Shown here piece after piece: positions 50,601 to 63,330 of a stretch of DNA of 64,000 bases. Both the position numbers and the translations under genes were made by a program. The stretch comes from Phoronis australis (taxonomy: Eukaryota; Animalia; Phoronida): assembly GCA_002633005.1 (NCBI GenBank), contig NMRA01000071.1:949961-1013960 (forward strand), in the 5' to 3' direction. Within the stretch, counting starts at the first letter, position 1, and every line of letters begins with the position of its first letter. The notes beneath the pieces were generated by a model. The model saw only the letters and a program-made list of their open reading frames with translations, made no database searches and had not been told where the DNA came from.

Positions 50601-53600
50601 TCAGATGCAGTTGTAGTACCTGTGAATGCTAGATACGCATTTGTCATCTCCGTAACTTAAAGTGTAGGCCTAGTATCTTGGAACGGTAGATGTAAAGTTA
50701 CCATCTCCCGTACAACCGGCAACTCTGAGAGCGCAAACACTAGATTCATGTCTTATCTTGCAAACTGTTGAATGGACTTAGCCATATTAGCAAGAGAATT
50801 CAATAATTCAATTCAGTCATTTTACTTTCGTAGATCGAGATTTTTATGATAACTGTTACTGATGGCACTAGGTACATGTATTTCAATGAAGTCTTACGTG
50901 CGACATTGCACGTAGTGATTAGGAACTATTAAATCGGTTTGGGCATGCAGAGTTCTTAACTTTTGTTACAGGGGACTCAGCCCAAACATGTTTCGAGTAT
51001 TCAAATAGTTTGTTTCTAGCATCTATTATGTTACAAGTTACAAATTTTGAAAAGAGGATTGCATGCCAGTTAACTTCAACAAATTTTTGATACCGTCTAT
51101 CCAACCAGTTTTACCAACAGAGTAGTCCCATAGAAATACCCTTTTCATTAACCTATCACCATTTGTGGTCACTAATTTCTTCCAATGACTCAACCTATTG
51201 AATTTAAACGTTTTTCCGATCGAGTCCCACCCCATGTAACCAGTAACAGCATACATGTAAGTGACTATAAAGCGGTTGCCTCCTAGATCATTACGATATT
51301 TTCCCGTTTGTCTATAGCTATCATTAGGTTGGGAAGATGGCCCCTGTAGCCAATATCTTACACGACTGATTAACTCTATTTTGGCATTGATGGTTGGAAG
51401 GCCAGCTCTCTTTAGCTCGATAAATGCTCTAATCTCCAATCAGATCGTATCTAGCCTGACTGCGCGTAAACCAGCCACTGTATAGAGTGCCATTTAATCT
51501 TATACAATTCAAAGGACGTCTGTAAACAATTTGATTCCCCTTCTACCATCAATATTATTTTGGAATAAGTTTTAAGCAGAAGTTGATGATTTTTCCAGTC
51601 AAAATCTTTTTTCATGTCCACAAATGTCACAAATGTTGAAAGGTTAGACGATTTCTTATTTGAATAATTGATGACAGGACATATTAATGATCAATACAGG
51701 ACTTCGAAAACCATTTTGCTCGTCAACAAAAATATTATTCTGTTCAAAAAAACCAAAATTCTGTAGTTCAATGTTATAAAGAGTTTATAAATACTTGAAA
51801 GAAGACTAATACCAGTGTAGATCAAAGGAATTCTAGGGTCGTCAGTAGAATTCTTAGGTATCGGAATTATAATAACCTTATACTAATCAGAAGGAATTAG
51901 ACTACGTTTAAAAGATTCATTAATCAAATGGGTTAGAAAAACAAATAGTTTGGAATCTTAACACCTCATAAGGTATGCAGTCATAGTCGATGGCTTTATT
52001 GTTCTTTGTTTTCTTAACAACATTTCCAATCTCATCAATAGAGATTTCATGATTGAAGTTATGATCAATTACATTAGAACAAATATTTTCTAGCTGCTTG
52101 CGCAAGTTCAAAATTCATAATCAAATGGTGTATTTTCAGAAGTGAATTTAAATAATTCTTCGTAATGATTTCACAATTTTTAGAACAAAATTTCTAACAG
52201 AGTTTATTACTTGAATCCAACACTTCCAGGAGAACTTCGCCAAACTGTTTTGGTCTCAGTTTTTTAATAAATTCCCAGAAATCCTTACGATTTTCAGTAT
52301 TCAGATTCTCAATTTCAATCTGTACTTTCAACTGGTACATGTATGAAGTTTTCGTGCATTTTAGTTTCTTTTCCAATGGATATTGATCAGAGATAAAAAT
52401 TGTGTGTAAAGCAACCAATTACCGTGTCCGCTTTGACCTCTTGAAATTTTTTCTCAGTGCACTTTAATTTATCCACAAATGGTTAAGCTGCAGATTTCAG
52501 TAATGCTGGTTCCTTTTAAAATAGTTTCTTAGTTTACGACTCGGATAATAATCCTTTTAATTCAGCAATGAATCCATTCCCTGAATGAACATACCAACAA
52601 ATGACTGAAGTTCATTGGATAACAATAATGAATCAATTAAACGTAATTGTTCTTCATTAAATGTCACGTTATTATTAAATTCTACTGGGATATTGCACGT
52701 GTCATATTTACGCTTTTGGAAAGAGTATTTAAATCGATAACCGAGTATGTTCTGTGTATTCTTCAATAAACATAAATCACCTTGAGAAAATGGTTCATTG
52801 AACACACTACGTTCATGGCTAAAATAAATATGCAGCTCCCGTTTACAGTATCAATGACATATAATTGTTCCTATTGCAATTAAATTATTAAAGGCCTATA
52901 AGACAACATGCATGCAGCTGGCTAATTTTGTCTGTTAAAATGTTTGATTTAAATGCTTGGTAAACTGCTTATTTCTTTCAGCGTATCTACTCCAGGATAA
53001 GTCGCTTGTGCAAAACGGATACAGGTGGCACTTTAGATAACGACAAAGTCTTTATGTCGTTTTTCAAAAGTAGGATGGATTGTTCCATTCCAGGAGAGTT
53101 TCCATTTCACTTTAATGAAATCTGTAAGTAGAGTTGTCAGGCGTAGACCGACATAGGTCTTAGTTTAACATGTTCTATTACGGTTCTGTTTGTTTAGAAG
53201 CAAATAGAACTTGACTGAATTGTCTATGGGGTCAGACCACTGATGACGTTATTTGTTAACACTAAAATAGCAGGGGACATTTTAGATTTTATAGTATGTC
53301 AGCGATTTGTGTAGTCTAGAACATTCTGTTTTTAAAATGCTTGCTTAAATTCTGGAAAGTTCTAGAATGTGCTTGAATTGGTGAAAATTTCCAAACCATT
53401 GCAAGAGGCCATAAATAGTCAGCATGAGTTATTTCAGCTGTTACTGCTGAACGTGAATTAAAAGCTTGTTACAATGAAAGCAATAGTTGAGTTGCAGAGA
53501 GGAGAACCAGCATTTACAGTGAAAGTCAATAGAGAGACAGCTATAGGTACAATCGGTTATTGAGTCAACGAGTACAACAGTTTCTGCTTGTGTGTCAGAA

Positions 53601-56600
53601 GGTCATCACTATGCAAGTCTTCCAAGCACGGGCTAGAGCATAAAACAGACATTACATGTACGTCGGACGTTTTGTTTGAGAAGACTTGTAAACGCACGGT
53701 CTATGTTAATGAAGTGATTAACTCGATCCAGTGCGCAGTCTAAGACCGTGTATCTTAATGGGTTCAACTTAAATGATGAAAATATTGAGTGACCATCCCG
53801 CTTGGAACCAACCAACCATACCTTGATGTGGTAAGCCTACTGCCAACTCGTTCATATCTCACGGACCTGATTCACCACAGGGGGCGCCCTCTGTCGTTGT
53901 AGTATAAAACAGTAAAAACACTACCGTGACTCCCAAGCGTCGCGGGGACTTCCGAAACTGATCTGGATACTGAAGATAGATCAATTCCGGCTATTTATTA
54001 TTGTGATATTTAAAACGAGGGTGGCCTCTTCAGTGATAGCACTGCTTTCCAAGAGGGCCCTCAACAAGGAAAAGAGTAATATAACACACTGCAGTAATAA
54101 AACAACAATGAGCTATACGTGACAAAGATACAATTAAAACAGGTAAGGTTGAGAATTAAGACAGTAACTAAATGACAAATAATGGTAAAAATTTAACTAA
54201 GACAGATGAAATAAATTAAGAGGTGACTCTAGACAATGAGAGTATTTACGACAATGAAAAAATGACATGATTAAAACAGGCAGGGTTTAAAAGGTTAAGT
54301 AAATTACAGCCACTTTTTAACATAAACTTTAAAGGTAGTTATTGAATTGGACCGTTTATTTTCTGGGCTAAAAGAATTACATATTATAGCAGCTGCATAG
54401 ATAAAAGATCTCTTTCCCGTCTCGGTTTTAATTTTTTTAGAAGAAACATTGCCAGCAACAGAAGAACGTGTAGAATAAACAGCCTGACTGCTATTGAATT
54501 TACTTCTAAGATATGCTGGAGCCAAGCCATTGATACATCTGTATATACAACAGGCAGAGAGATATTTATTTCTTTGTCTTACTTTCATAAATCCCAGCTT
54601 GGAATACAAGTCGTCAACCCTAGTGTCCCTAATTTTAGTACCCAGGATAGCCCTGGCGGCTCTACTTTGGATTACTTGGACTTTGTTTACAAGTGCGTCA
54701 CTAGTGTGCACCCAAACCGGTAAACAATAATCAATATGAGGCTGAATAATAGAATGGTAAAGGGTCTTAAGAGTACGGACATTAAGAAATTTGCCTAGAC
54801 GTTTAAGTACACCGACACTTACAATAGCCTTGAACTGAATGAGGACATTTTCCTAAGGCAGTTCTGCGAAGCTGAGAGGGCTGAGACGGTGCACCAGGGT
54901 TTAGATGGGAAATTGGCTTACTAGTTTCTGACCCGCATACAGCCCCACATGCACCTAGGCATGCGGCACAACATGTCCGATTGTGACCTGTTGGTGTGTG
55001 TGCAGTACATGTACGTGGACGGGTGTAGTAAGGGCCTGGCCTTGTTCCTATGAGAACATACAACCGAGTCTTTCTAAGACAGACTGCGTGAAAGAGACGT
55101 ATATTGAGGCCTATGTAATGGACATAACGTGCTCTCAGTCGTCCCAAGAACGACTACTCAAGCTAGACACCCAGAAGGTTGATCAGGAGAAATTGCCTTG
55201 CAGAGGAAAGGAGGCTATTCTGCCACAATGTATGACACTTCACTAGATACCGTCGGGAGCGGACTTAGGTAATGCAGCATAAAAATTCAACCACTTTGGC
55301 ACTGAAATGTGACCAGAGGGATCCGGTGAAGCGTGGTAACCCTGGTCAACATTCAACGGAAATCTGTGTCTTAAGGAGGGATATGTTGACACGAAGAAGT
55401 TATCAGTACTGAGAGACAGAGGCTGCAAAACTATTGAGGTTCAATCTAGTCTAATCGAATCAGGAGACATGACCTGCTAAAAGTGGCCATATGAGTTTGC
55501 AGACTCACCCAAGATAACTCTGCATGTCGCTAAGATCAAAATCAAGGCACGGGAGAATTGTTTAAAATGTGTATGAAACTGCCAATGGCCGATTCAGTCA
55601 TCGGTTTGTTCCTGGCGCCTTCGACATGGGAGACGTTGAGCGACAGCAAACAACAACTGCAGTGAACAAAGCAGGTGCAGGCAATGGACTGGAGGATGTT
55701 CCGAAAGATTAATCTAAAATTGGCACTACTTCTTAAGAGAATAACCTAGAAGTCTTAAATGCAGAGGAAGCGAAGACGATTGACATGTCAGTAGGAGCGT
55801 ATCCCGAAGTGTGCAGCTGAAAGCGGTTTCAGTATCTTACAGGCCTCAGGCAGAGCGCCAAAAAGCGGACGACACTAAGCAATTGACAGTACTTTAGATT
55901 ATAAATAACTTGGGACTGAGACACTTCAAAGAAGCCCAGAGAGAAAATTCATCAATCTAAAGGTAGTGGGGTCAAGCTAGAGTCGAGATCAAACGTCAGA
56001 TCCAAGGCAAACAGCATGCATCACGGAGGTCTACTCTGGGATACACTATCGGACTTTCAAGAATAAGGACAGTGATGTTGTGAAACAAGTTGTTGTGCCG
56101 GGCAAGTTACGTAAGTGTGAGGTAATGTAAACCAATTTTAAGAAGGTAACTGACATATCACCCTCATTAACGTCTCTGTCTAAACTTACAGCGCCTGATT
56201 TGTTGTGCCCGGAGGGTGACCGTATTTCGTATCACTCCTTCCAAATCACGAACTGTGCACTGGACGATGTACATTGTACTGTGACAATCAAACTTGTACG
56301 ATAATCAGAGGTGTTGTGTCACTCGTCCTCAGTCATGTGAACTGACGTCTATTAGAGATGTTGCAGAAATTTTGAGTCTCAATTTTAAGCCTGCAATGAC
56401 CAAATATTTATGTCACCGACATATTTAATCACGTCCAGGTTTGCGTGTCCGTTTTCAGATTCTATGAGCAAAATAGCATTGGGCAACGTCAACGCTTCAG
56501 TGAGTGCAAACAAAATGTTTTATGCTGTTTTCACAACACCCAGGTAAATTTAGTTTTTCCGTTGTTTCACTATTTCTTCATGTTCAGACATACTTTCCTT

Positions 56601-59600
56601 GTTTGAAGCTATTCACTAGCAACTGCACGTTTACAATAATTGCATGTAAATGTATCGAGATGATTATACTCCTCCTCACAGAGGGTTCTTACAACTGCTT
56701 CACTGTTGGTTAGGCCGATCGCTTCCAAAACATAGTTCACTTTGATAACATTAAAAAACATTATACCTGTGCAAACGGACTGCCTTATTTTAATTTAGTC
56801 AATGATAAGCTGTCGTTTTGAAGTGAACTCTGAGAATTGGTTTGCAGCAAATTATACGGCAGTTGCAGTTACTCAAATACACTATGAGTTGTTTGTCGGC
56901 ACGTAAACATCTGTTGACGTCACATAAAACCGTGGCTTCTAAGTCCTGTGACAGAAAACAATACCAGTCCTTCTATCCTATACTATCCTTCAAAGATTGG
57001 ATATACTGCAACAATTTGGCAGGCGTACAACTAATAACAAATCTCAAAATAGCTAAGTGCACTAGACAAATGTGTCAACAGGAAATAGCTCTCAGAATTA
57101 TTGGTGAAATTCGAATACTTTTACAATGTGCCACATAATATACTCACAGTGCAATTGACAACAAATGCGTTGTTTGTTCATAGACTTAGATGAAGATTAG
57201 TGGTTTAAACTGACAAAAAAGAGACTTAACGTGTGTAAAGCCACCATTTCTATACCAAAAACAAGGAAAACACGCCACCTGTCGGTCGCTCGTGTTATTA
57301 GAACTCCCAAACACATACCGTACGGTGTTTTACATAGTTGGTCTTGAGATGCAAGCAATTATATTGGTCGATCCGTTCATTCTTGGTAGAATCATGGGCC
57401 CTGACCCAGCGTATATTGACGGTTCTTTCAATTGCAAGCTTGTTAAGCTCATTAATACAAGCATTAACACAACGAGAGTTGACCCTTAGTTTCTTTAGGG
57501 CTTTTATTGCTGCCTGGCTATCTGAAAAGATGGTAATTGGTGGATTGCCAAGTTCAGTGTTATATTGTTGTGGCAGTGGAGCAGCTCTATCAATTGCAGT
57601 GATCTCAGCCTGAAACACCGTGGCAAGATTGCCCAACGATACCCAGTTTTCTGCATCTGCAACAGGAAGGCTTGGAAAGTAGACCCCAACACCTGTCTGG
57701 CCATTTTCCAGTTTAGAGTGGTCCGTATAACAAACCACCTCATTCTTGTGTTCTGCGGTAGGCCATCCATCACCAATTTCCGTGAAGAAATTGTTTGTAT
57801 GATTTAAAGTTGTGACCTGGACATCACTAGGCATGTTCCATAGTTGCCCAGTCTTGGCCATTAGCTTATTGCAAACATTCCTGTGGCTTGTGTGTGCAAC
57901 GGAGTCAGGAATGTTCACCCACTGACCATTATATTTGAGACGAAGTGCAGCACATGCAGCTTCACCCACAAGGTATATGTTCAGTGGTGGTAGACCGATT
58001 AGCATTTCTAGGGCTGCAGAACGCGTTCCTGGAAAAGCAGAGGTTATGCACAAACAAGCTAGACGTTGCAGCTGCCTAAGTTTGTTGATAATTGTAATCT
58101 GGTTTGATGCCCTTACCCATATCGACGAAGCATAGGACATTATAGGTCGGATAACAGCAGTATAAATCCAGAACATATTCTTGGGAGACATTCCCCAAGT
58201 TTTACCCACCGCACGACTGCATCTCACCAATGCAGATTTGGCTTTTGAGATTTTTTCTGTAATATGCCGGGTCCAGGAAAGACGATGGTGTAAAATGACA
58301 CCTAAGTAAGTCGCCTTGTCTACAAGATCAAGATGTTTACCATTCAGCGTTAAAGGTCGCATTGACCATTTAAGCTTCCAAGTGAACAAAATCACCTTTG
58401 TTTTGCTACCACTAATTTCTAAGCCGACTGACTTAGCCCATGTGGCTGTTGTATTTAGTGCTCGTTGAGCAAGATAGCGACATGTGTCAGGATCGATGCT
58501 AGACACACTGAGAGCAATATCATCTGCATAGGCTTGAACATACAAGCTTGGACCCATGTCAGTAGATAATTGTCGAAGCAAACCATCCATAACCATGTTA
58601 AAGAGGGTGGGTGAGGCAGCGCCACCCTGAGGTGTTCCTCTGGTGATGCGAACCGCCACTCTCAGTCGGGAAGCTAGAATACTTTCAACTTCGTTTGAAG
58701 TTTATTAGCTCCTCGGACATGAGTGTGACGTACGAACGTACCAAACGCCAGTATGCCATGTCCCCTATCACGCAAGTTTCTTGTAGTAACTTTTGCTACA
58801 CCCGTAAGTCTCCGATGCCTTATGGAAAAAGGAAAAGAGTCACAGAGTGGTCGATTGCTATGTTGTCACAACCACCACAAACAGAATTACTTGTACGTCC
58901 CGCCATTTCTTATACCATGAGCCATGGGACATTCTGCATCATTATCTGATGACTTTTCACATTAAACAATGGAGCATGTTGGGACTGTGATTGGCTGTTC
59001 GTATTTTAAGTATCAATCAGTAAATGTCCGAGAACAGCTAATTTATTTCTTTATTTATTTATTATTGTGATATTTAAAATGAGGGTGGCCTCTTCAGTGA
59101 TAGCACTGCTTTCCAAGAGGGCCCTCAATACGAAAAACAGTAATATAATACAATGAAGTAATAAAACAACAATGAAATATACGTAACAAAGATACAATTA
59201 AAACAGGTTGAGAATTAAGACATTAACTAAATGACGAATAATGGTAAAAATTTAAATAAAACAGATGAAATAAATTAAGAGATGACTCTAGACAGTGAGA
59301 GTATTTACTACAATGAAAAAATGACATGAATAAGACAGGCAGGGTATAAAAGGTCAAGTAAATTACAGCCACTTTTTAATATTTACTTTAAAGATAGTGA
59401 TTGAATTGGACCGTTTAATTTCTGGGCTAAGAGAATTCCATATGATAGCAGCTGCATAGATAAAAGATCTCTTGCCCGTCTCGGGTTTAATTTTTTTAGA
59501 AGTAACATTGCCACCAACAGAAGAATATACAGCCTGACTGCTATTGACTTTACTTCTGAGATATGATGGAGCCAAGCCATTGATACATCTGTACATACAA

Positions 59601-60914
59601 CAGGCAGAGAGATGCCCTGTATTTAGTTCTTTGTCTTACTTTCATAAATCCCAGCTTGGAATACAAGTCGTCAATCCTAGTGTCCCTAATTCTAGTACCC
59701 AGGATAGCCCTGGCGGCTCTATTTTGGATTACTTGGACTCTGCTGACAAGTGTGTCACTAGTGTGCCCCAAACCGGTAAACAATAATCAATATGAGGCTG
59801 AATAATAGAATGGTAAAGGGTCTTAAGACTACCGACATTAAGAAATTTGTCTAGACGTTTGAGTACACCGATTTTCTTTGATAATTTCTTTGTGATATGA
59901 TCTGTGTGCATATTAAATTTAAGATTGGGATCTAATATAAGGCCCAAGTACTTAAACGTGTCAACATTCTCGATGGGAGAACCGTTGATAGAAAGGGATA
60001 GTTTTTGTTGTTTTAATTTCTGGTGAGTTCCAAACAGCATCGACCTGGTTTTACTAACGTTAAGAGTGAGTTTATTTTGAATCAGCCAGTCATGGATAAG
60101 GGCTAGCTCACCGTTGAGAGAAGTTTCGAGTTCTTTTACTGATCCAGCTGTGGACATAATTGCAGTGTCATCATCATATAAAACTGGGACACAGTTGTGG
60201 GCGACAGTAGGGAGGTCGTTAACAAAAATAGTGAATAATAGAGGGCTCAAAATGGAACCCTGAGTTACCCCCGTGATTACGGTTGAGTAGTCAGAAAGTA
60301 TACCACCGTATTAGGTGGTTTGTTTACGGGAGTAGTTTCTAAACCAAAGGAGTTCGTTATCATTAACTCCATAAGACTCTAGTTTCTGCAATAGGATACC
60401 ATGGTCCACAGTGTCAAAGGCTTTCTTAAGGTCAACAAAGACAGCACCAGTAAGCCTCCCCTGATCCATATTATTAAAGATAAACTCAGTAGCATGAATG
60501 TTTGTAGTAAGAGTGGAATGCGAGGGGCGGCAACAAAGACTGTGATGCCGAGAGAAAGGAATTTTGCTCCAGGAACTGGTGAAGGTATTAAGGTATTTTT
60601 AGATAAGTAAATAATTTGGGTGTCCAAATTGACAGCTTATTGACTGCATGTGTATCTGTTTTGGTGTATTCATTTTTTGAGTGCTTAAAGATAGAACACT
60701 AATATACAGATGACGAATAAAAATTACAATGCCCGTAACCCCGTTTTGTAACATCTATCTTTGTAGCAATGGTATCCGAGGGTCTGCCGTCTGCGCTTAT
60801 AAGTGGGAAAGTGTCCTTGGTGCATTTAATGGTAAATTCCAAGAGCAAAAAGATGCGAACAGCATATGGTTGCCCGTTTCTGAACTCCTTGTTCCGAAAC
60901 CCCACCCCACGAAG
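44690..60914 (+). CDS. Semaphorin-1A-like protein, paralog B (partial: first exon not identified, continues beyond window)
   Basis: Exons 44690-44789, 44974-45019, 48509-48676, 49037-49229, 49649-49737, 52982-53123, 56459-56543 and 60767-60914. All have AG/GT ends, open frames and the same phases as paralog A. Five have identical lengths (46, 168, 193, 89, 142 nt). Motifs: LVVGAMNTIYQL, CQNHIRVLL..CGTNANEPVC, VYFVFREVAVEDQNCGK, FFKSRMDCSIPGEFPFHFNEI, FYAVFTTP, GSAVCAY..FNGKFQEQ..WLPV. Confidence 0.9.
45717..47464 (-). mobile_element. Crypton-type (DUF3504/ZMYM-related) tyrosine recombinase element, pseudogenised, in a paralog B intron
   Basis: Fragments in several frames: NRKNINTVKK, VWFFNTKLFGFRGSHESRQLQWADIQL..YREFNERKTKTR, RCPVATYKAY, SPFYL, KKTNHS..R, IVQLRGHKNVARLNNYSSASTAEQRPMSSIL. 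These give the R-K-HxxR-GH-Y catalytic order of Crypton/KCTD1-type YRs, broken by stops and frameshifts. Confidence 0.82.
48860..49020. repeat. 53-bp tandem repeat, 3 copies, just upstream of the acceptor at 49036
   Basis: atgttgcattgcca.gacg.agacat.gtgc.at..ttaccca at 48872, 48925 and 48978. Confidence 0.9.
50900..52810 (-). mobile_element. Highly degenerate LINE RT relic in a paralog B intron
   Basis: Fragments NRKDFWEFIKKL, ISIDEIGNVVKKTKNNKAIDYDCIPYEVL, VDEQNGFRS, TFVTFVDMKK, AVTGYMGW..NRL..RLMKRVFLWDY, with many stops. Confidence 0.7.
53992..54815 (-). mobile_element. CR1/L2-type LINE 3' fragment, same family as 59040-60472
   Basis: Highly similar to about 59060-59871, including the 3' UTR and ORF end (..GKRSFIYAAAII..KKWL). 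5'-truncated at about 54815. Confidence 0.85.
54816..56130 (+). mobile_element. Degenerate Ty3/gypsy LTR-retrotransposon relic (gag/protease/pre-integrase)
   Basis: About 55360-55550 reads LKEGYVDTKKLSVLRDRGCKTIEVQSSLI..LHVAKIKIK, a decayed LRDTGC aspartic protease motif. About 56065-56128 reads KDSDVVKQVVVPGKLRKCEVM (QLVVP-like). Many stops. An LTR-like segment may occupy about 53160-53930 but is not firmly delimited. Confidence 0.55.
57298..58659 (-). mobile_element. Non-LTR retrotransposon with RT C-terminal half + RNase H (R1/LOA/Tad1-like), 5'-truncated
   Basis: 453-aa open frame: GTPQGGAASPTLFN, QAYADDI, TYLGVIL (RT), then CYTDHSK, VFQAEITAI, FSDSQAAI, WVRAH..NERID (RNase H). Confidence 0.88.
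59040..60472 (-). mobile_element. CR1/L2-type LINE, 3' part with RT and (TAAA)n tail, degenerate
   Basis: FVDLKKAFDTVDH, GVTQGSILSPLLFTIFVNDLP, LYDDDT, FKYLGLILD, YHSIIQPHIDYC, QNRAARAIL, with stops and frameshifts. The 3' UTR ends in a tttatttatt tail at about 59040-59066. Confidence 0.88.
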
Positions 60915-62709
60915 GTGAGCGGTTGATGTCGTCAAACCTTAGACTAAGGGCGTCTCCGGATTGGATATCGTCTAACAAATACCCAAATAGTTCGGAATCA
61001 ACATGTACCAGGCTATCAAATCCGAGACTACAGCTGATTCTGAATAAATTTGAAACCATGTGCAAGGCTTAAGAGCATGTTCGCGAATGGACCAGGCAGA
61101 GGGTGATAAACAGATTCTCTTTATATTTTGTTTGTGACATGACACTGGCCACACTGACTCCAGACCACCCTTATTTTATCAAAACGCCCTGTTTTGTTTT
61201 CCATGGATATTATTTGTGTTGAGCCTGGCGGCAGTTAAGTTTTAGTAAAATTCCGACAGTTACGTTACGAAGTGGAAGTAATGTTGAAATATTGAACCTG
61301 TGTTATTGTTCAGGTGTGACCTGCGACTACTTTATTCATGGGAATTTAAAAGATTTCGATAATTTTTGGTCTGTTTTTAGAGCCACATAAGATGAGTACC
61401 TTTAGTGATATTTGAAACTGTCAAAATTGGCTATATTGGTATCCCGACATCTCAGTTGGTACAGGTTTCAGAACATTTTAGTGCCAAACAGTGTGTTGAG
61501 CTGTTTTAGGTCTACAGAATAAGACAAAACAAATCCTGGCGCCAAAAATGACTGGTGGTTACGCCATTTCACCACAATGAGTAATGCCGACAAACGTCAA
61601 CAAAAAGTGAACATTTGTTAATAGTTGGCCAGCAAACGGCGAATCAATTTATCATTCATCAAATTTCGTATTTTCTAGGCACCGAGGGTACACTACTTTA
61701 TTTTTAAAAAGTGCTCGTAGTCATGGAATTAGGATACTTACTACACAAATAGCAGTAGTTTTGGCAGGACACATTTTGCGAGAGTCGAAAAAACACCGCC
61801 GACAAATCATTTTCATAACATTTTACTTCAACAATCGTGGTTGCCCTCTCACCACTTGCGACGTTCCAAATCTTACAGTATTGTATGAACAAGATCATTT
61901 ATTTTTGGATTTATCTGTGGCTGTCCTGTTTACAAAGATGCTTACTGTGGGTTAGCTGTGGAGTGTGTCTGAACAAACGTTTTTTAGGAATCTTCAAGTG
62001 GTTTTGATGCAGGGCGTTGAAAGCGGAGGACAGTTTCAAGGTGAAAGATTCATTGGCAATTACAGGCAAAGGCAAAACCACTGGTCAGAGTCATTCCGTG
62101 GACGTTATATAGCCGTCAGTGTCCCAATAACTTCACTTTTGATGTGGTATGGCTGGCTAATGTTATCATTTTGTTATCTGTGCGCATTTTGCGGTGCTTG
62201 ACACAAGTGAAAAATGGGAGACTTTCGAGTAGCAATGGGGGCTGACAACATGGAACCAGCTACCAGTGAGAAGATACTTCACCTTCGCAGTGGGAGGCAC
62301 TGAGGAACGTACTTGAATAAGTGTGTGTGACTAGTTGTGAGAAGTCTAATGAGTGAATACATATTACTTCCCAGTCCTCCAGAAGGCAAAGGTACATGTA
62401 TCCTGTTCCAGGTGACCAGCTGTCACTTGACTATATAAATGCCTCATGTTGGAAGCATGATCCACTGCAGGGGTCATGTGAAAGAAGTGAGGATGATAAA
62501 GGCTGCTTTCAGTATAAAGTCCATAAGTACACGACAAGTATTGTATTGTAGCTCACATTTTTCCTTGACTTCTCAGCAGACAAACAATGTACAGCATACA
62601 AACTTCGAAACTCAGTACAAAATATAACTTCATGCACATTGGGTTCTAACTGCTAAGTCTTTGCGGTGCTTAAATAGCAAGACTAACAACTTTCTAATGC
62701 AAAATCCCA

Positions 62710-63330
62710 TCAGAGATATCTAAATGTGGTATTTGATCTAAGTGCTAATGGACTGGCTCAAATAGGAGACTCCTATGTTAGTTGTTCAAAATACAGGTGA
62801 TCTCGCTTACATGTACCTCCTCATCCCATACGGTACACGTAACTCCCCAGTCTGTATATACAATGTTGGACCACTTTAAAGTAAAAAGTGACATTTAATG
62901 AGACTAGAGTCTGGTTTAACACTCATTGCCTGGTTAATTTATACAAACTACCATGGAAAACACGAGATGTCTAAATGTGTTAACAGATCTAAATACCAGT
63001 GAATTGATTCAAACAGGACACTCCTGATGTTAACAATTTAGAATACAGGTGACCTCGGCACCTCCCTTAACTCATCATCACATACCGTACAAATAACCCT
63101 CATTCTTCAAAAACAATGTTGGAACAGATTAAAGTCAAAAGGATGTTTAATGTGACTGCAATCTGGTTTAATACTGGTCATCCAGTTTAGTGGTACAAAG
63201 TAGCATGGAAAAACGAGATATGTAAATGTGTTCTGTGATCTAAATCCCAGTGCATTGGCTCAAGTATGACATTCCCAATGTTAACCTTTCAAAATATAGG
63301 GCCCCTCCCTTAATTTTTCATCACATGTAC
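62710..63330. repeat. About 252-bp diverged tandem repeat, about 2.5 copies
   Basis: aata(c/t)agg recurs at about 62790, 63042 and 63293. caatgttgga...ttaaagt and catggaaaa..cgagat.t.taaatgtgtt recur one period apart. Confidence 0.8.

Noticed and set aside
53135-53931. Precisely bounded LTR (TGTCA...TGAC)
   Set aside because: The 5' TGTCAGG also matches the paralogous intron start in gene A (gtgagtagaattgtgagg), and I found no second LTR, TSD or clear PBS. The boundaries are unsupported.
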